Assembly (NCBI GenBank): GCA_046309355.1
Contig: JBKCPL010000027.1
Span: 11,857-75,856, forward strand
DNA from: Bacteroidota bacterium
Lineage (GTDB): Bacteria > Bacteroidota > Bacteroidia > UKL13-3
Direction of reading: 5' to 3'
Length of the DNA: 64,000 nucleotides
Shown: in pieces, positions 46,801-56,771 of the stretch
Numbering within the stretch: the first letter of the stretch is position 1
Layout: each line of letters opens with the position of its first letter
Made by a program: the position numbers and the translations under genes
Notes under the pieces: generated by a model
What the model was told of the DNA's origin: nothing
Seen by the model: only the letters and a program-made list of their open reading frames with translations
The model's database searches: none

Positions 46801-48216
46801 TTATTTGCCTGCACCTTTTACTATGGTTAGTACAGTGTAAATCATAATTCTGAAGTCTACTGCCAGCGACATGTTTTCAATATAAAGTATATCAAACTTA
46901 AGTCGCTCAACCATTTGCTCTACATTTTCGGCATAGCCATACTTAACCATTCCCCACGAAGTTATTCCGGGCTTTACCCTGAGCAATTGCTTATAGTAGG
47001 GCGCAGTCTGCACAATCTGGTCTATATAAAATTTACGCTCGGGTCTTGGGCCTACCAGAGACATATCGCCTTTAAGCACATTATAAAACTGGGGGATTTC
47101 ATCGAGTCGGTATTTACGCAATACTTTGCCAATGGATGTAATACGCCTATCATTCTTTGATGAAAGTGCTGGACCAGCATCTTCTGCGTTAACATACATC
47201 GACCTGAATTTATAGATATGAAAAGGCTTGCCTTTTTTACCTATGCGTATTTGCTTAAAAAATACAGGCCCGGCTGATGACCGCTTTACAGCTATGCTCA
47301 ACGCTAAATAAAGCGGAGAAAGCAAAACGAGAACTGTAGCAGAAACGACAATATCAAGTAGCCGTTTAATTACCTGCTGCCATTTAGCCATCATTTCATG
47401 TTTTACTTCTATAAGGGCAATACCCACGATGTTCTCTAATTTAACTGTACCCGAAACAACATCATAGGTGTCGGGTATTATCTTTAGCACTACAGGTTCT
47501 CCTTCGAGCAGATTAGTCACCTGTATAATTTCGCTGTGTCGGCCGCTGTCAATGGCTATGATGACTTCTTCAACTTCGAGGGTGTGAATTATTTCCGGCA
47601 ATTGATCATAAGTACCCAGGTATTCAATATCGGTATGTGAAGACGCAGATAAGGTTGTGCCTACATAACCTTTAATTAAGTAACCAGAAGGGAATGCCTC
47701 ATTCATTATATCATGATACAACTTAGTGGCATTTTCACAATTTCCCGCAATAATTGTATTGAAGCCTATTTTACGTTTGCTGATAAGCTTTTTAATGTAT
47801 GTAACAAAAGCAATGCGAGAAATCACGGTTGCCCCATACTGAAGAGAGAATAAGGTAAAAGCAGTATAGTAATAATCCGTATATCTGGCCACTTCATCAT
47901 CAAGAAGCAAGGAGAAAAACAATATGATTACACCAATCAGTGTAACACTAAACGTTGTATGCAGCTCTTTCAGGCGTGACTTGCGCCACACATCGCTGTA
48001 AAATCCGGTGAGGTAATAAATCAGAATCCAAAAAAGCGGCACGTAAAACAACCCCAGATAAAAGTTTTGGCCGGTTTCAAATGCAATGCTGTATCCAAAC
48101 TTATAAGGTTCAATAAAATACTTTCGGTATAAAAAAAATGCAAACCACGCACCCATTGCCGACATGTAATCGAGCATTACGTAATATAAGGTATGTATTC
48201 TTTTCAAACGTTTCAT
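46801..48216 (-). CDS. Polyprenyl-phosphate glycosyl-1-phosphate transferase (WcaJ/WbaP-type sugar transferase)
   Basis: N-terminal TMs, KRLLDI, YKFRSM, RLDEIPQF.NVLKGDMSLVGPRPE, KPGIT. Confidence 0.93.
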   Translation of the reverse strand: MKRLKRIHTLYYVMLDYMSAMGAWFAFFLYRKYFIEPYKFGYSIAFETGQNFYLGLFYVPLFWILIYYLTGFYSDVWRKSRLKELHTTFSVTLIGVIILFFSLLLDDEVARYTDYYYTAFTLFSLQYGATVISRIAFVTYIKKLISKRKIGFNTIIAGNCENATKLYHDIMNEAFPSGYLIKGYVGTTLSASSHTDIEYLGTYDQLPEIIHTLEVEEVIIAIDSGRHSEIIQVTNLLEGEPVVLKIIPDTYDVVSGTVKLENIVGIALIEVKHEMMAKWQQVIKRLLDIVVSATVLVLLSPLYLALSIAVKRSSAGPVFFKQIRIGKKGKPFHIYKFRSMYVNAEDAGPALSSKNDRRITSIGKVLRKYRLDEIPQFYNVLKGDMSLVGPRPERKFYIDQIVQTAPYYKQLLRVKPGITSWGMVKYGYAENVEQMVERLKFDILYIENMSLAVDFRIMIYTVLTIVKGAGK

Positions 48217-49098
48217 TTAATACACAATCTTAATATTATCGAGGTATATATCGGCTTGCTGATTGGCGTCCTTAAATAAACCGATATAAAACTTATACAA
48301 TGTATTGGATGGCTTACCGGCAGTCTCTTGATTGAGCGCAAGGTATACTTTCCTCCACTCGCCTTCCGTGTTAAACAAACGTATAACTTCGTTCGGCTGA
48401 CTGGATGATTGTCCGGGTTCGAAGTAATAATAACCGAGAATTAGCGGCACATTACTCTTATAATCCATTTCCAGAAAAACTGGCTGGTTCATACCCGGTA
48501 AATTAAAGTTTTCTGTAGTAAACAGCTGAAAGGACTGAGTGCCCGGAGTGAGTTCTACTTTACCTGAGTTTTTTCCAGCTTCAAGGGCCTGCGTACCACT
48601 TACACGCAAAACAGTATCGCCAGCGCGTGAATAAAGCGGATTGAGCGTAAAACGAAATCCAACTTTATCGAAATCTTCAATGAGCGGAAATACACATGAA
48701 CTGCGGTATGTAAATTCAGGTTTTACGGTATCAACTGTATTTTCTTTTAAATCTTTGGTTATTCTGTAGGTTTGAAACATAGGATAAGGTATTCGCTCTT
48801 CCAGCTGTCCCGAGTAAACAACCCCTGCTTCTATATTCAGATTCACTTTACCGCTTCGGGGAATGGGTATAGTTGCAGGTATTCGGTAAATTCCCAGCAA
48901 CACACCTTCATCATACACCCAAACATCTGGGATGCGGTGAAATGCATCACCTTGAGATCCATCTGAATTCGTAGACGTGCTTACTGAAGGTATATGAATG
49001 TATGACGGAACGGTTACGGGTGTTGTATCTTCCAGAACTTCACATGCTGAAAGCCCTAGTAGGCAGGACAACCCAAGAAAATACCTGTATGTATGCAT
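48217..49098 (-). CDS. Hypothetical lipoprotein
   Basis: Lipobox LSAC; ATG 49098 lies 6 nt downstream of a TACATTTG -7 element; C-terminal EDF...WRKVY...YLDNIK beta-sandwich. Confidence 0.7.
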   Translation of the reverse strand: MHTYRYFLGLSCLLGLSACEVLEDTTPVTVPSYIHIPSVSTSTNSDGSQGDAFHRIPDVWVYDEGVLLGIYRIPATIPIPRSGKVNLNIEAGVVYSGQLEERIPYPMFQTYRITKDLKENTVDTVKPEFTYRSSCVFPLIEDFDKVGFRFTLNPLYSRAGDTVLRVSGTQALEAGKNSGKVELTPGTQSFQLFTTENFNLPGMNQPVFLEMDYKSNVPLILGYYYFEPGQSSSQPNEVIRLFNTEGEWRKVYLALNQETAGKPSNTLYKFYIGLFKDANQQADIYLDNIKIVY

Positions 49099-49134
49099 CG
49101 ATTGCAAATGTACCGAATTAGTCGGTAGGTTGAT

Positions 49135-50073
49135 TTAATCAAATAACGTGCTGGGGTGAAATTTTTCGATAATCTGATGAGCTACTTTTAGCGATTGATA
49201 AGCGTGAAAAATATCCTGGCTGTTGCGTTGCCTGTGCTCAATGGCATGGGCAAATTCCTGAAGCTCCAGCTTTATCACATCCTGTTGCTTAATACGTGAA
49301 GCACTGTACGGAACTTCTGCCAATTCACCTGTTTCAGTTTTTATTAGTTTAGTCAGTTGATACTGATTTAAATCAAACCGTATACATTCTGATTTCTGAA
49401 AAATGCGCAGGTAACTGTTTTGCCCGTTGGCAAAATTTCCGCAATTAATATTCGCAGTACAGCCATTTTCAAAGTCGATACGAACGTTTACGAAATCAAC
49501 AAAGTCGTTAAATAATTGAGTGGCATTTGCAGTCACTTTTCTGATAGTAGAACCTGTGATATAGGTAAGAAGCTCAATGTCGTTCAGCAATCCACCGAAA
49601 ATGAGTGAATCGTTAGATATGCTGAGTACTTTTTGCTGAAAGCGGTTACACTCTATATATATTGGCCTCCGGGCCAATCGTTTCAGCTTTTTTACTTCCG
49701 GATGCAAGCGGTCTTCATGCAGCACTTTAATATTTACCTGTGCTTCCATGGCCAGATCACAGAGTTGACGGGCTTCGCGCACGTCTTCCGAAATAAGTCC
49801 GGTAAACAACACGTGTGTAGAGCGCATAAGTGCTTCTGATGCATATTTAAAATGATGGCCTACCGGTGTTTGTATATCAACAGCATCAGACTTCTGCAGC
49901 AAGTACTCGTATGAATTGACAAATGGAATCTGATATACATCGGCTACCGAGCGGGCGGCATCTGCCTGATGGTCGTAAATGCCGGTAATTTCAAACTCGG
50001 GCATACCTTTTAACACATCCAGATGCATCTTGGCAGCTTCGTTTACACCGGCTAAACCTATTTTTATTGTCAT
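49135..50073 (-). CDS. Gfo/Idh/MocA-fold protein with degenerate active-site motifs
   Basis: Rossmann-like start IKIGLAG, DAVDIQTP..HH, VRIDFENGCTANI; the GxGxxG and EKP motifs are lost. Confidence 0.75.
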   Translation of the reverse strand: MTIKIGLAGVNEAAKMHLDVLKGMPEFEITGIYDHQADAARSVADVYQIPFVNSYEYLLQKSDAVDIQTPVGHHFKYASEALMRSTHVLFTGLISEDVREARQLCDLAMEAQVNIKVLHEDRLHPEVKKLKRLARRPIYIECNRFQQKVLSISNDSLIFGGLLNDIELLTYITGSTIRKVTANATQLFNDFVDFVNVRIDFENGCTANINCGNFANGQNSYLRIFQKSECIRFDLNQYQLTKLIKTETGELAEVPYSASRIKQQDVIKLELQEFAHAIEHRQRNSQDIFHAYQSLKVAHQIIEKFHPSTLFD

Positions 50074-50250
50074 ATTCGGTGTATCAAAAATAAGCTGCAT
50101 GAGTTTACCCGCATGATGCACTTATTCACGTGTTTTATAAAAGCTACCCGGTATAAAGCACTAAAGTATACACCTAAAAGCCCTATGGCCTACGGAATGT
50201 GAGCAAAAGGTGTATGAACAACCATTAAAGAGTTCTTTATTTGCTTTCAG

Positions 50251-50901
50251 ATGATAGATGATTATAAATACAAGGGAGCACGAAAAAAGCTAGTTGAAGA
50301 ATTGAAAGCCAAGGGTATAACAGACAGCCGTGTATTGCAAGCCATAGGCGAAGTGCCACGCCATTTCTTTTTTGAAAAAACGTTTTATCCGCATGCTTAT
50401 GTCGATAAAGCTTTTCCTATAGGTGAAAATCAAACCATTTCACAACCTTACACCGTTGCGTACCAAACTCAGGCTTTGCATATTCAGCCAGGCGATAAAG
50501 TACTGGAAATAGGAACCGGATCCGGCTATCAGGCGGCTGTGCTTATGCAAATGGGTGCAACCTTATACAGTATTGAGCGTATTGAAAAACTTCAGGTAAA
50601 GGCCGAAAAACTCCTGAAACAAATGGGTTACTCAGCCACTCTGAAATGCGATGATGGAACGAAAGGCTGGCCGGCTCATGCCCCGTTCGATAAGATAATC
50701 GTAACTGCGGGCGCACCGGTTATTCCCAATTCACTGGCTGCACAGTTAAAAATTGGAGGTATTATGGTAATACCGGTTGGTGACCTGAAAAAACAAAAAA
50801 TGATCAGTATTATTCGTAAAACCGAAATTAAATTCGAGCAAATAGAACTTGATCAATTTGCCTTTGTTCCGCTGGTTGGAGAAAAAGGTTGGAAAAATTA
50901 G
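50251..50901 (+). CDS. pcm: Protein-L-isoaspartate O-methyltransferase
   Basis: VPRHFF, QTISQP, VLEIGTGSGYQAA, APFDKIIVTA, FVPL. Confidence 0.97.
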   Translation: MIDDYKYKGARKKLVEELKAKGITDSRVLQAIGEVPRHFFFEKTFYPHAYVDKAFPIGENQTISQPYTVAYQTQALHIQPGDKVLEIGTGSGYQAAVLMQMGATLYSIERIEKLQVKAEKLLKQMGYSATLKCDDGTKGWPAHAPFDKIIVTAGAPVIPNSLAAQLKIGGIMVIPVGDLKKQKMISIIRKTEIKFEQIELDQFAFVPLVGEKGWKN

Positions 50902-50961
50902 TCCCAGGCAGGCAATCAAAAGTCATATCGCTTCACTCTACCCCTGAATTAGAGAATGGTG

Positions 50962-52290
50962 TTAACGCATAAATGGCATTTTAGGCATAGCCCTGCCGGC
51001 TCCTTGTAGCTTATTCATACTACGCATCATTTTGCGCATTTCTTCAAACTGTTTCAGCAACTGATTTACCTGCTGAATATCTGTTCCACTTCCCATCGAA
51101 ATGCGTTTTCTTCTGTTCCCGTTTATAATGTCCGGTGTCTTGCGTTCGGCAGGAGTCATGGAGTTGATAATGGCTTCAATTCCTTTAAACGCATCATCGC
51201 TTATGTCCAGGTCTTTTACCGCTTTGCCAACACCCGGAATCATACCCATTAAATCTTTCAGATTTCCCATTTTCTTGATTTGCTGAATCTGGGAATAGAA
51301 ATCTTCAAACGTAAACTGATCTTTCATCAGTTTTTTCTGAAGCTTGGCGGCTTCCTCCTCATCAAATACCTGTTGTGCTTTTTCTACCAACGTTACAATA
51401 TCGCCCATACCCAATATACGCTGAGCCATACGGTCGGGGTGGAATAGTTCAAGCGCCTCTATTTTTTCACCGGTACCAACAAATTTTATGGGCTTATTAA
51501 CTACTGACTTGATGGAAAGGGCTGCTCCACCGCGTGTATCGCCATCTAACTTGGTAAGAATTACACCGGTAAAATCCAATACGTCATTAAATGCTTTGGC
51601 GGTATTCACAGCATCCTGCCCGGTCATGGAGTCGACCACAAATAAAATTTCCTGCGGATTGAGTGCTTTTTTGATTTGGCCGATTTCGCGCATCATCTCT
51701 TCATCTACGCTCAGTCGCCCGGCCGTATCCACTATTAACACTTTAGCGCCCTGCTGTCGGGCTTCTTTCAAGGCATGTTCAGCAATACTTACCGGATTTT
51801 TATTTCCTTCTTCCCAGTATACCGGAACTTCAAGTTGCTGTCCTAAAACCTTTAGTTGCTCAATAGCAGCAGGCCTGTATACATCGCATGCGGCCAGCAT
51901 AACAGTTCTGCCTTTTTTCTTCAGGTAATTTGCCAGCTTTGCCGAGTGCGTAGTTTTACCAGAACCTTGCAAACCGGCCATTAATATGATTGACGGAGTA
52001 CCCGATATGTTTATATCCTCTGTTTTACCCCCCAGCAGTTCAGTTAGTTCATCGTTAACAATTTTCACCATCAATTGACCGGGAGATACACTGGTGAGCA
52101 CATTTTGGCCCAACGCTTTTTCTTTGACGTTATCGGTAAATGTTTTGGCTATTTTATAATTAACGTCAGCGTCAATAAGGGCCTTGCGTATTTCTTTTAT
52201 CGTTTCGGCTACGTTTATCTCAGAAATTTTGCCCTGACCTTTCAGGGTTTTAAACGCTTTATCTAACTTACTGCTTAAATTTTCAAACAT
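50962..52290 (-). CDS. ffh: Signal recognition particle protein Ffh
   Basis: GLQGSGKTT, DVYRPAA, DTAGR, TKLDGDTRGGAALS, RILGMGD, Met-rich M domain. Confidence 0.99.
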   Translation of the reverse strand: MFENLSSKLDKAFKTLKGQGKISEINVAETIKEIRKALIDADVNYKIAKTFTDNVKEKALGQNVLTSVSPGQLMVKIVNDELTELLGGKTEDINISGTPSIILMAGLQGSGKTTHSAKLANYLKKKGRTVMLAACDVYRPAAIEQLKVLGQQLEVPVYWEEGNKNPVSIAEHALKEARQQGAKVLIVDTAGRLSVDEEMMREIGQIKKALNPQEILFVVDSMTGQDAVNTAKAFNDVLDFTGVILTKLDGDTRGGAALSIKSVVNKPIKFVGTGEKIEALELFHPDRMAQRILGMGDIVTLVEKAQQVFDEEEAAKLQKKLMKDQFTFEDFYSQIQQIKKMGNLKDLMGMIPGVGKAVKDLDISDDAFKGIEAIINSMTPAERKTPDIINGNRRKRISMGSGTDIQQVNQLLKQFEEMRKMMRSMNKLQGAGRAMPKMPFMR

Positions 52291-52342
52291 AATTGCTCAA
52301 TTTTGAAGCTACGAAAATAATCAATTCAGCCATTTACACTTC

Positions 52343-52735
52343 ATGAATACACATCCGGTCATATTTTACGATGGAGTTTGTGCATTGTGCAACAAAGCTG
52401 TGCGTTTTATTTTACGTAACGATAAAAAGCAAGTATACCGCTATGCAGCCTTACAATCGGATAGTGCGATTAATCTGCTGGGGCAGTCATCTGATATGAA
52501 ATCATTCATACTGTATACAGACAATAAAATATACAGGCAGTCTGCAGCCGTTATACGTGCCCTCTCAGGACTTGGCGGCTTGTGGAAATGTGTTCTGGTA
52601 CTTTTATTATTCCCACCGTTTATACGCAATGGCGTATACAACCTTATAGCAACAAACAGATACAGGTGGTTCGGCAAGTACGACACCTGTCCGCTTCCCT
52701 CGCCCGATAAGCGCCATTTATTTATTGAAAGCTAA
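52343..52735 (+). CDS. DCC1-like thiol-disulfide oxidoreductase (DUF393)
   Basis: FYDGVCALC, ALQS, NRYRWFG..C. Confidence 0.9.
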   Translation: MNTHPVIFYDGVCALCNKAVRFILRNDKKQVYRYAALQSDSAINLLGQSSDMKSFILYTDNKIYRQSAAVIRALSGLGGLWKCVLVLLLFPPFIRNGVYNLIATNRYRWFGKYDTCPLPSPDKRHLFIES

Positions 52736-52737
52736 CT

Positions 52738-53637
52738 ATGCAAATAGCTTCAGAACGGGGTGAATATGAAATTTTGGAAACACTTCGCAAAAACGGGAAG
52801 TTCGGGTCCGTTTATAGGGGCGAGGTAAAATCAAACCAACAGCCGGTTATTGTTAAACAACTTTCTGCAGGGGCAACTCCTGAAAAGATTGTTCGTTTCC
52901 ACAATGAGTTTCGCTTGGCCGTTCAACATCCACACCTCATTGCTGCTATTGATTGCTTTACCGCAAACGGCATGCATTATCTGATACGCCCCTACATTAC
53001 CGGGGTTGATGCTTCGGCATTTATCCGTAAAAAATCTATTAGTACTACTCAACTGGTTAGTGCGGCAAACGATATTTTGTCAGCAATTCAGCATTTACAC
53101 ACACAAGGCATTTTACATACCGATATAAAGCCGTCAAATATTATACTTAGTGAAATGAACGGACAATTGCGTGCCTACCTCACTGATTTAGGATTGGCGC
53201 GTAAAATAAATGAACCTGAACAACGAAGGCCGTTTGCTCTGCTTTATAGTCCACCCGAACAGGTACTTCAGTATCATTCGCTGATGAATGCCACCTCCGA
53301 TATTTATTCTCTTGGAATAACCTTTTATGAACTGATAAGCGGTCATGCGCCATTTAGGGATTCCAACCCGGAGTTCATCATGCATCTGCAGATGACACAA
53401 AGCATAGAGCCGCATAAAAAAATCAATAAAGATATGTTGAACTTTTTACAGAAAGCCACGGCAAAGCCTAGGTTCTTAAAACCAGCCAATCATTACAGTT
53501 ATGCTGAGTTGGAGTACTTGCTTACCGAGGCTATGGCACAACGCTACCAATCGGCTGGCGAGATGCTTACTGATTTAAACACTCTCCCTATTCCTACAGA
53601 AACTAAATCGCGCTGGCGAAAATGGTTTTACTCGTAG
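52738..53637 (+). CDS. Hanks-type Ser/Thr protein kinase, soluble
   Basis: GKFGSVY, VIVK, HTDIKPSN, DLG, YSPPEQ, DIYSLG. Confidence 0.88.
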   Translation: MQIASERGEYEILETLRKNGKFGSVYRGEVKSNQQPVIVKQLSAGATPEKIVRFHNEFRLAVQHPHLIAAIDCFTANGMHYLIRPYITGVDASAFIRKKSISTTQLVSAANDILSAIQHLHTQGILHTDIKPSNIILSEMNGQLRAYLTDLGLARKINEPEQRRPFALLYSPPEQVLQYHSLMNATSDIYSLGITFYELISGHAPFRDSNPEFIMHLQMTQSIEPHKKINKDMLNFLQKATAKPRFLKPANHYSYAELEYLLTEAMAQRYQSAGEMLTDLNTLPIPTETKSRWRKWFYS

Positions 53638-54113
53638 TGTTCTTTTAGACGCTCAACTATTTCATATACGGCCGGACAAACAGCCACGTTGTTATACGTT
53701 TCTTTCAGTATGGTGTGCATTTTACGCTGATGTGTGTGAGGATATTCACGGCATGCACCCGGACGGTATTCATAAACCGAGCAATAATTATCGGGACCTA
53801 AAAAAGGACATGGCAACGTATTTAGAACCCAGTCACCGTCTTCATCCACATGCAGAAATTTATCTGTAAATGCAGCCGGACGCATACGCAGATGATGAGC
53901 CAGCCGTTCAATATCACGTTGGGTAAATAGCGGACCTGTAGTTTTGCAACAGTTGGCACAGGTTAAACAATCCATTCGTTCAAAAACTGTCTCGTGAGCT
54001 TCGTGAAATCGCTCGTCTAAATCGTCTGGTGTTTTGCGCTTCAGGCGGTCAAAGAATTTTTTCGTTGACGCCTGAGTTTTTTTAACCGCTAACTTGTGTT
54101 TGGCTAAATCCAT
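53628..54113 (-). CDS. YkgJ family cysteine-cluster protein
   Basis: CLTCANCC, CPFL, CSVYEYRPGACREYP. Confidence 0.9.
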   Translation of the reverse strand: MDLAKHKLAVKKTQASTKKFFDRLKRKTPDDLDERFHEAHETVFERMDCLTCANCCKTTGPLFTQRDIERLAHHLRMRPAAFTDKFLHVDEDGDWVLNTLPCPFLGPDNYCSVYEYRPGACREYPHTHQRKMHTILKETYNNVAVCPAVYEIVERLKEHYE

Positions 54114-55993
54114 TACCTGTCAGGCTTAACAATGAGTACGGGAATAGAAACACCATGACGAACTACATCGGCTGTTGTACCAAAAATGAAATCTTTAAAC
54201 CCTTTATGTCCGTGCGAGCCCAAAACCAGCAGTTCAGCATCCGACTGATTTATCATACTCACCAGCACCTGACCTGATTTGCCATAGCCCAGTTTACTTT
54301 CTGTTTGATAGCCGAGCTCCGTTAATCCGTTCGTGTAACCGGAAAGCAGCTCCATGTCTTCCTTCGATTCGGCATCAGCTATTTCCTCACGCATCTTTAA
54401 GGCTCCGGCCGATTCAACCACGTGAAGTAATATATAGCGAGCTTGCTTCCCTCCCATTTGCAATGCATATTTCAATGCTGTTTCATCTGATGAACTAAAA
54501 TCAACTGCTATAGCAATGCATGAGTACTGCCTAGCCTCGGGCACAATAAATTTGGCCTGTGTCCGGTGCATTTTTGCCTCGTACTCGTTCTCTTTTTTAG
54601 TACTAAAAAATGGATAAAACACAATGTAAAACAACAGTACAACCGTATACAGAATAGCTGCACCCAGCATGCTTTTTAGTACAATATGTGTATTAGAAGA
54701 AAACAGCGCTGATGTTTCCTGGTACACCAAAAGTGCGTTTAGTGCAACAATAACAGTAGCACAAACAGATGCAAACACGATGATTCCTTTGCCAATTGTA
54801 AATTTACCCATCAGCTTTTTATTGGCTGTAAAATGGATAAGCGGAATAACAGCAAAGCCCAGTTGCATGCTCAATACAACCTGACTTAACACAAGCAAAT
54901 CGCCCATGCGGTTTTCGCCATATACGAAAATGGTAACCAATGCAGGTGCGATAGCCAGTAAACGTGTAACCAGTCTTCGTATCCACGGACTAAAACGCAG
55001 ATTGAGGTAACCCTCCATAATGATTTGACCGGCCAGTGTTCCAGTAATCGTTGAGCTTTGTCCGGCTGCGATAAGTGCAATAGCAAAAAGTGCAGGTGCA
55101 AGTGTGCCGAACAAATCACTTAAAAGCAAATGTGCATCCTGAATATCGGATACGTGGTAATATCCCGATTGATAAAAAGCCGTTCCGGCAAGAATGAGAA
55201 TAGCGGCATTCACAAAAAAGGCCAGATTCAATGCAATACCCGAGTCAATCAAATTAAAACGTATGGCCTTGCGAATACCTGTTTCATCACGAGTAAACTG
55301 ACGTGTTTGAACCAGTGATGAGTGCAGATAAAGGTTATGTGGCATAACCGTAGCGCCTATTATTCCAATGGCTATGTACAACGCCCCATCGCTAAGCGAT
55401 GAAGGAATTAGTCCGGTGGCTACCTGTGTAAATTCAGGCTTTACAATCAGCAATTCAATGACAAAGGAAACACCTATGACCATAATCAGCGCCAAAATAA
55501 AGGCCTCCATTTTTCGAATACCTTTATTAATTAAAAACATGAGTAAGAACGTATCGAGTGCAGTGATGATTACACCCCATCCCAGCGGAATGTGAAAAAG
55601 TAGCTTTAAACCAATGGCCATACCAATAATTTCTGCCAGATCGCATGCAATGATGGCAATTTCGGCCAATACATACAGTGAAATATTAGCCCATGCCGGA
55701 TAATACATACGTGATGCTTGAGCCAGATCCAACCCTTTTACAATTCCTAAACGTGCAGCCAGACTTTGCAGCAGCAATGCCATGATATTGCTCATCAGTA
55801 AAACCCAAATCAGCTGGTATCCAAACTTACTGCCTGCTGCTATGTCAGTAGCCCAGTTGCCCGGATCCATGTACCCAACACTTACCATATAAGCCGGGCC
55901 TAAAAAGGCCAACAGTGTTTTCCAAAAACCGCGTTTTACCGGTATGGGTACTGAAGCATTCACTTCCTGCAACGATTTAGCCGGTGTTTTCAT
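54113..55993 (-). CDS. mntH: Nramp family Mn2+/Fe2+ transporter fused to a C-terminal USP domain
   Basis: YMDPGNW, MPHNLYLHS, GQSSTITGTLAGQ; C-terminal IAVDFS...LVLGSHGHKG....FGTT...PVLIV. Confidence 0.93.
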   Translation of the reverse strand: MKTPAKSLQEVNASVPIPVKRGFWKTLLAFLGPAYMVSVGYMDPGNWATDIAAGSKFGYQLIWVLLMSNIMALLLQSLAARLGIVKGLDLAQASRMYYPAWANISLYVLAEIAIIACDLAEIIGMAIGLKLLFHIPLGWGVIITALDTFLLMFLINKGIRKMEAFILALIMVIGVSFVIELLIVKPEFTQVATGLIPSSLSDGALYIAIGIIGATVMPHNLYLHSSLVQTRQFTRDETGIRKAIRFNLIDSGIALNLAFFVNAAILILAGTAFYQSGYYHVSDIQDAHLLLSDLFGTLAPALFAIALIAAGQSSTITGTLAGQIIMEGYLNLRFSPWIRRLVTRLLAIAPALVTIFVYGENRMGDLLVLSQVVLSMQLGFAVIPLIHFTANKKLMGKFTIGKGIIVFASVCATVIVALNALLVYQETSALFSSNTHIVLKSMLGAAILYTVVLLFYIVFYPFFSTKKENEYEAKMHRTQAKFIVPEARQYSCIAIAVDFSSSDETALKYALQMGGKQARYILLHVVESAGALKMREEIADAESKEDMELLSGYTNGLTELGYQTESKLGYGKSGQVLVSMINQSDAELLVLGSHGHKGFKDFIFGTTADVVRHGVSIPVLIVKPDR

Positions 55994-56661
55994 TTACCTT
56001 TTTTGCGTTTAACTAAAATTTGTCTCGCCACATCTTTGCTTAGTAAAACAGGCGTCTTCGATCCGGATATACGCCCTATAATGCTACCGTCATACTCCTC
56101 TACTTCTTCTACTTCAACCAGTACACCCAAGCGCAAGCCTAACTTATCAAGGTATTGCAAAAAAAGTGGACTGTGATCTACCACTCCGGAAAGCACCAGC
56201 GTATCTCCGGTTTTACACTCAGCCAGCAGATGCAAAGGCAATGGCTTCATCTCACCATTTTTGCCCGGAATGACATCACCGTGTGGATCTACCTTAGGGT
56301 AACCCAAAAATTCATCCAGTTTATCTGTCAGCAATTCGGAATGTATATGCTCTAGTTGCTCAGCAATTTCATGCACTTCATCCCAGCCGAAGTTGAGCTT
56401 TTCAAATAAAAAAACTTCCCACAGCCTATGTTTACGTACAACCGATACAGCAATATGTTTCCCTTTCTCGGTCAATACTACACCCCTGTACTTTTCATAA
56501 TTTACAATCTTTTTAGCAGATAGCTTACGAATCATGTCGGTAACCGATGCGGCTTTGGTTTGCAGCATTTCCGCTATCGCATTGGTGGTTACATTTCCCT
56601 GCAGCTGATGCGACAACTTGTATATTGCCTTTATGTAGTTTTCTTCAGTTTGAGAATACAC
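55990..56661 (-). CDS. mntR: DtxR/MntR family metal-dependent transcriptional regulator with FeoA-like C-terminus
   Basis: EENYIKAIY, ASVTDM, RKHRLWEVFL, VHEIAEQLEH, DPHGD; GTG start. Confidence 0.92.
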   Translation of the reverse strand: MYSQTEENYIKAIYKLSHQLQGNVTTNAIAEMLQTKAASVTDMIRKLSAKKIVNYEKYRGVVLTEKGKHIAVSVVRKHRLWEVFLFEKLNFGWDEVHEIAEQLEHIHSELLTDKLDEFLGYPKVDPHGDVIPGKNGEMKPLPLHLLAECKTGDTLVLSGVVDHSPLFLQYLDKLGLRLGVLVEVEEVEEYDGSIIGRISGSKTPVLLSKDVARQILVKRKKGK

Positions 56662-56665
56662 AGTA

Positions 56666-56673
56666 CAAACATA
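56666..56673 (-). promoter_or_regulatory. -7 promoter element of the mntR-mntH-ykgJ operon
   Basis: TATGTTTG on the minus strand, 4 nt before the GTG start. Confidence 0.6.
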
Positions 56674-56681
56674 GTATTATT

Positions 56682-56697
56682 TTTAGACTAGTCTAAA
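56682..56697. promoter_or_regulatory. Putative MntR operator
   Basis: Perfect 16-bp palindrome TTTAGACTAGTCTAAA just upstream of the mntR -7 element; TTAG-N6-CTAA resembles DtxR/MntR boxes. Confidence 0.75.
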
Positions 56698-56771
56698 TTT
56701 CATCCCGAATACTATTTAAAACCTGATGTATTGGCAATAAATCAAAACTTGGTTAGCTTTGTTTGACTATT

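Noticed and set aside
51101-51928. Long antisense ORFs inside ffh (likewise inside hppA, exbB and susC)
   Set aside because: Typical in-register antisense shadows of conserved genes, with no motifs or independent signals.
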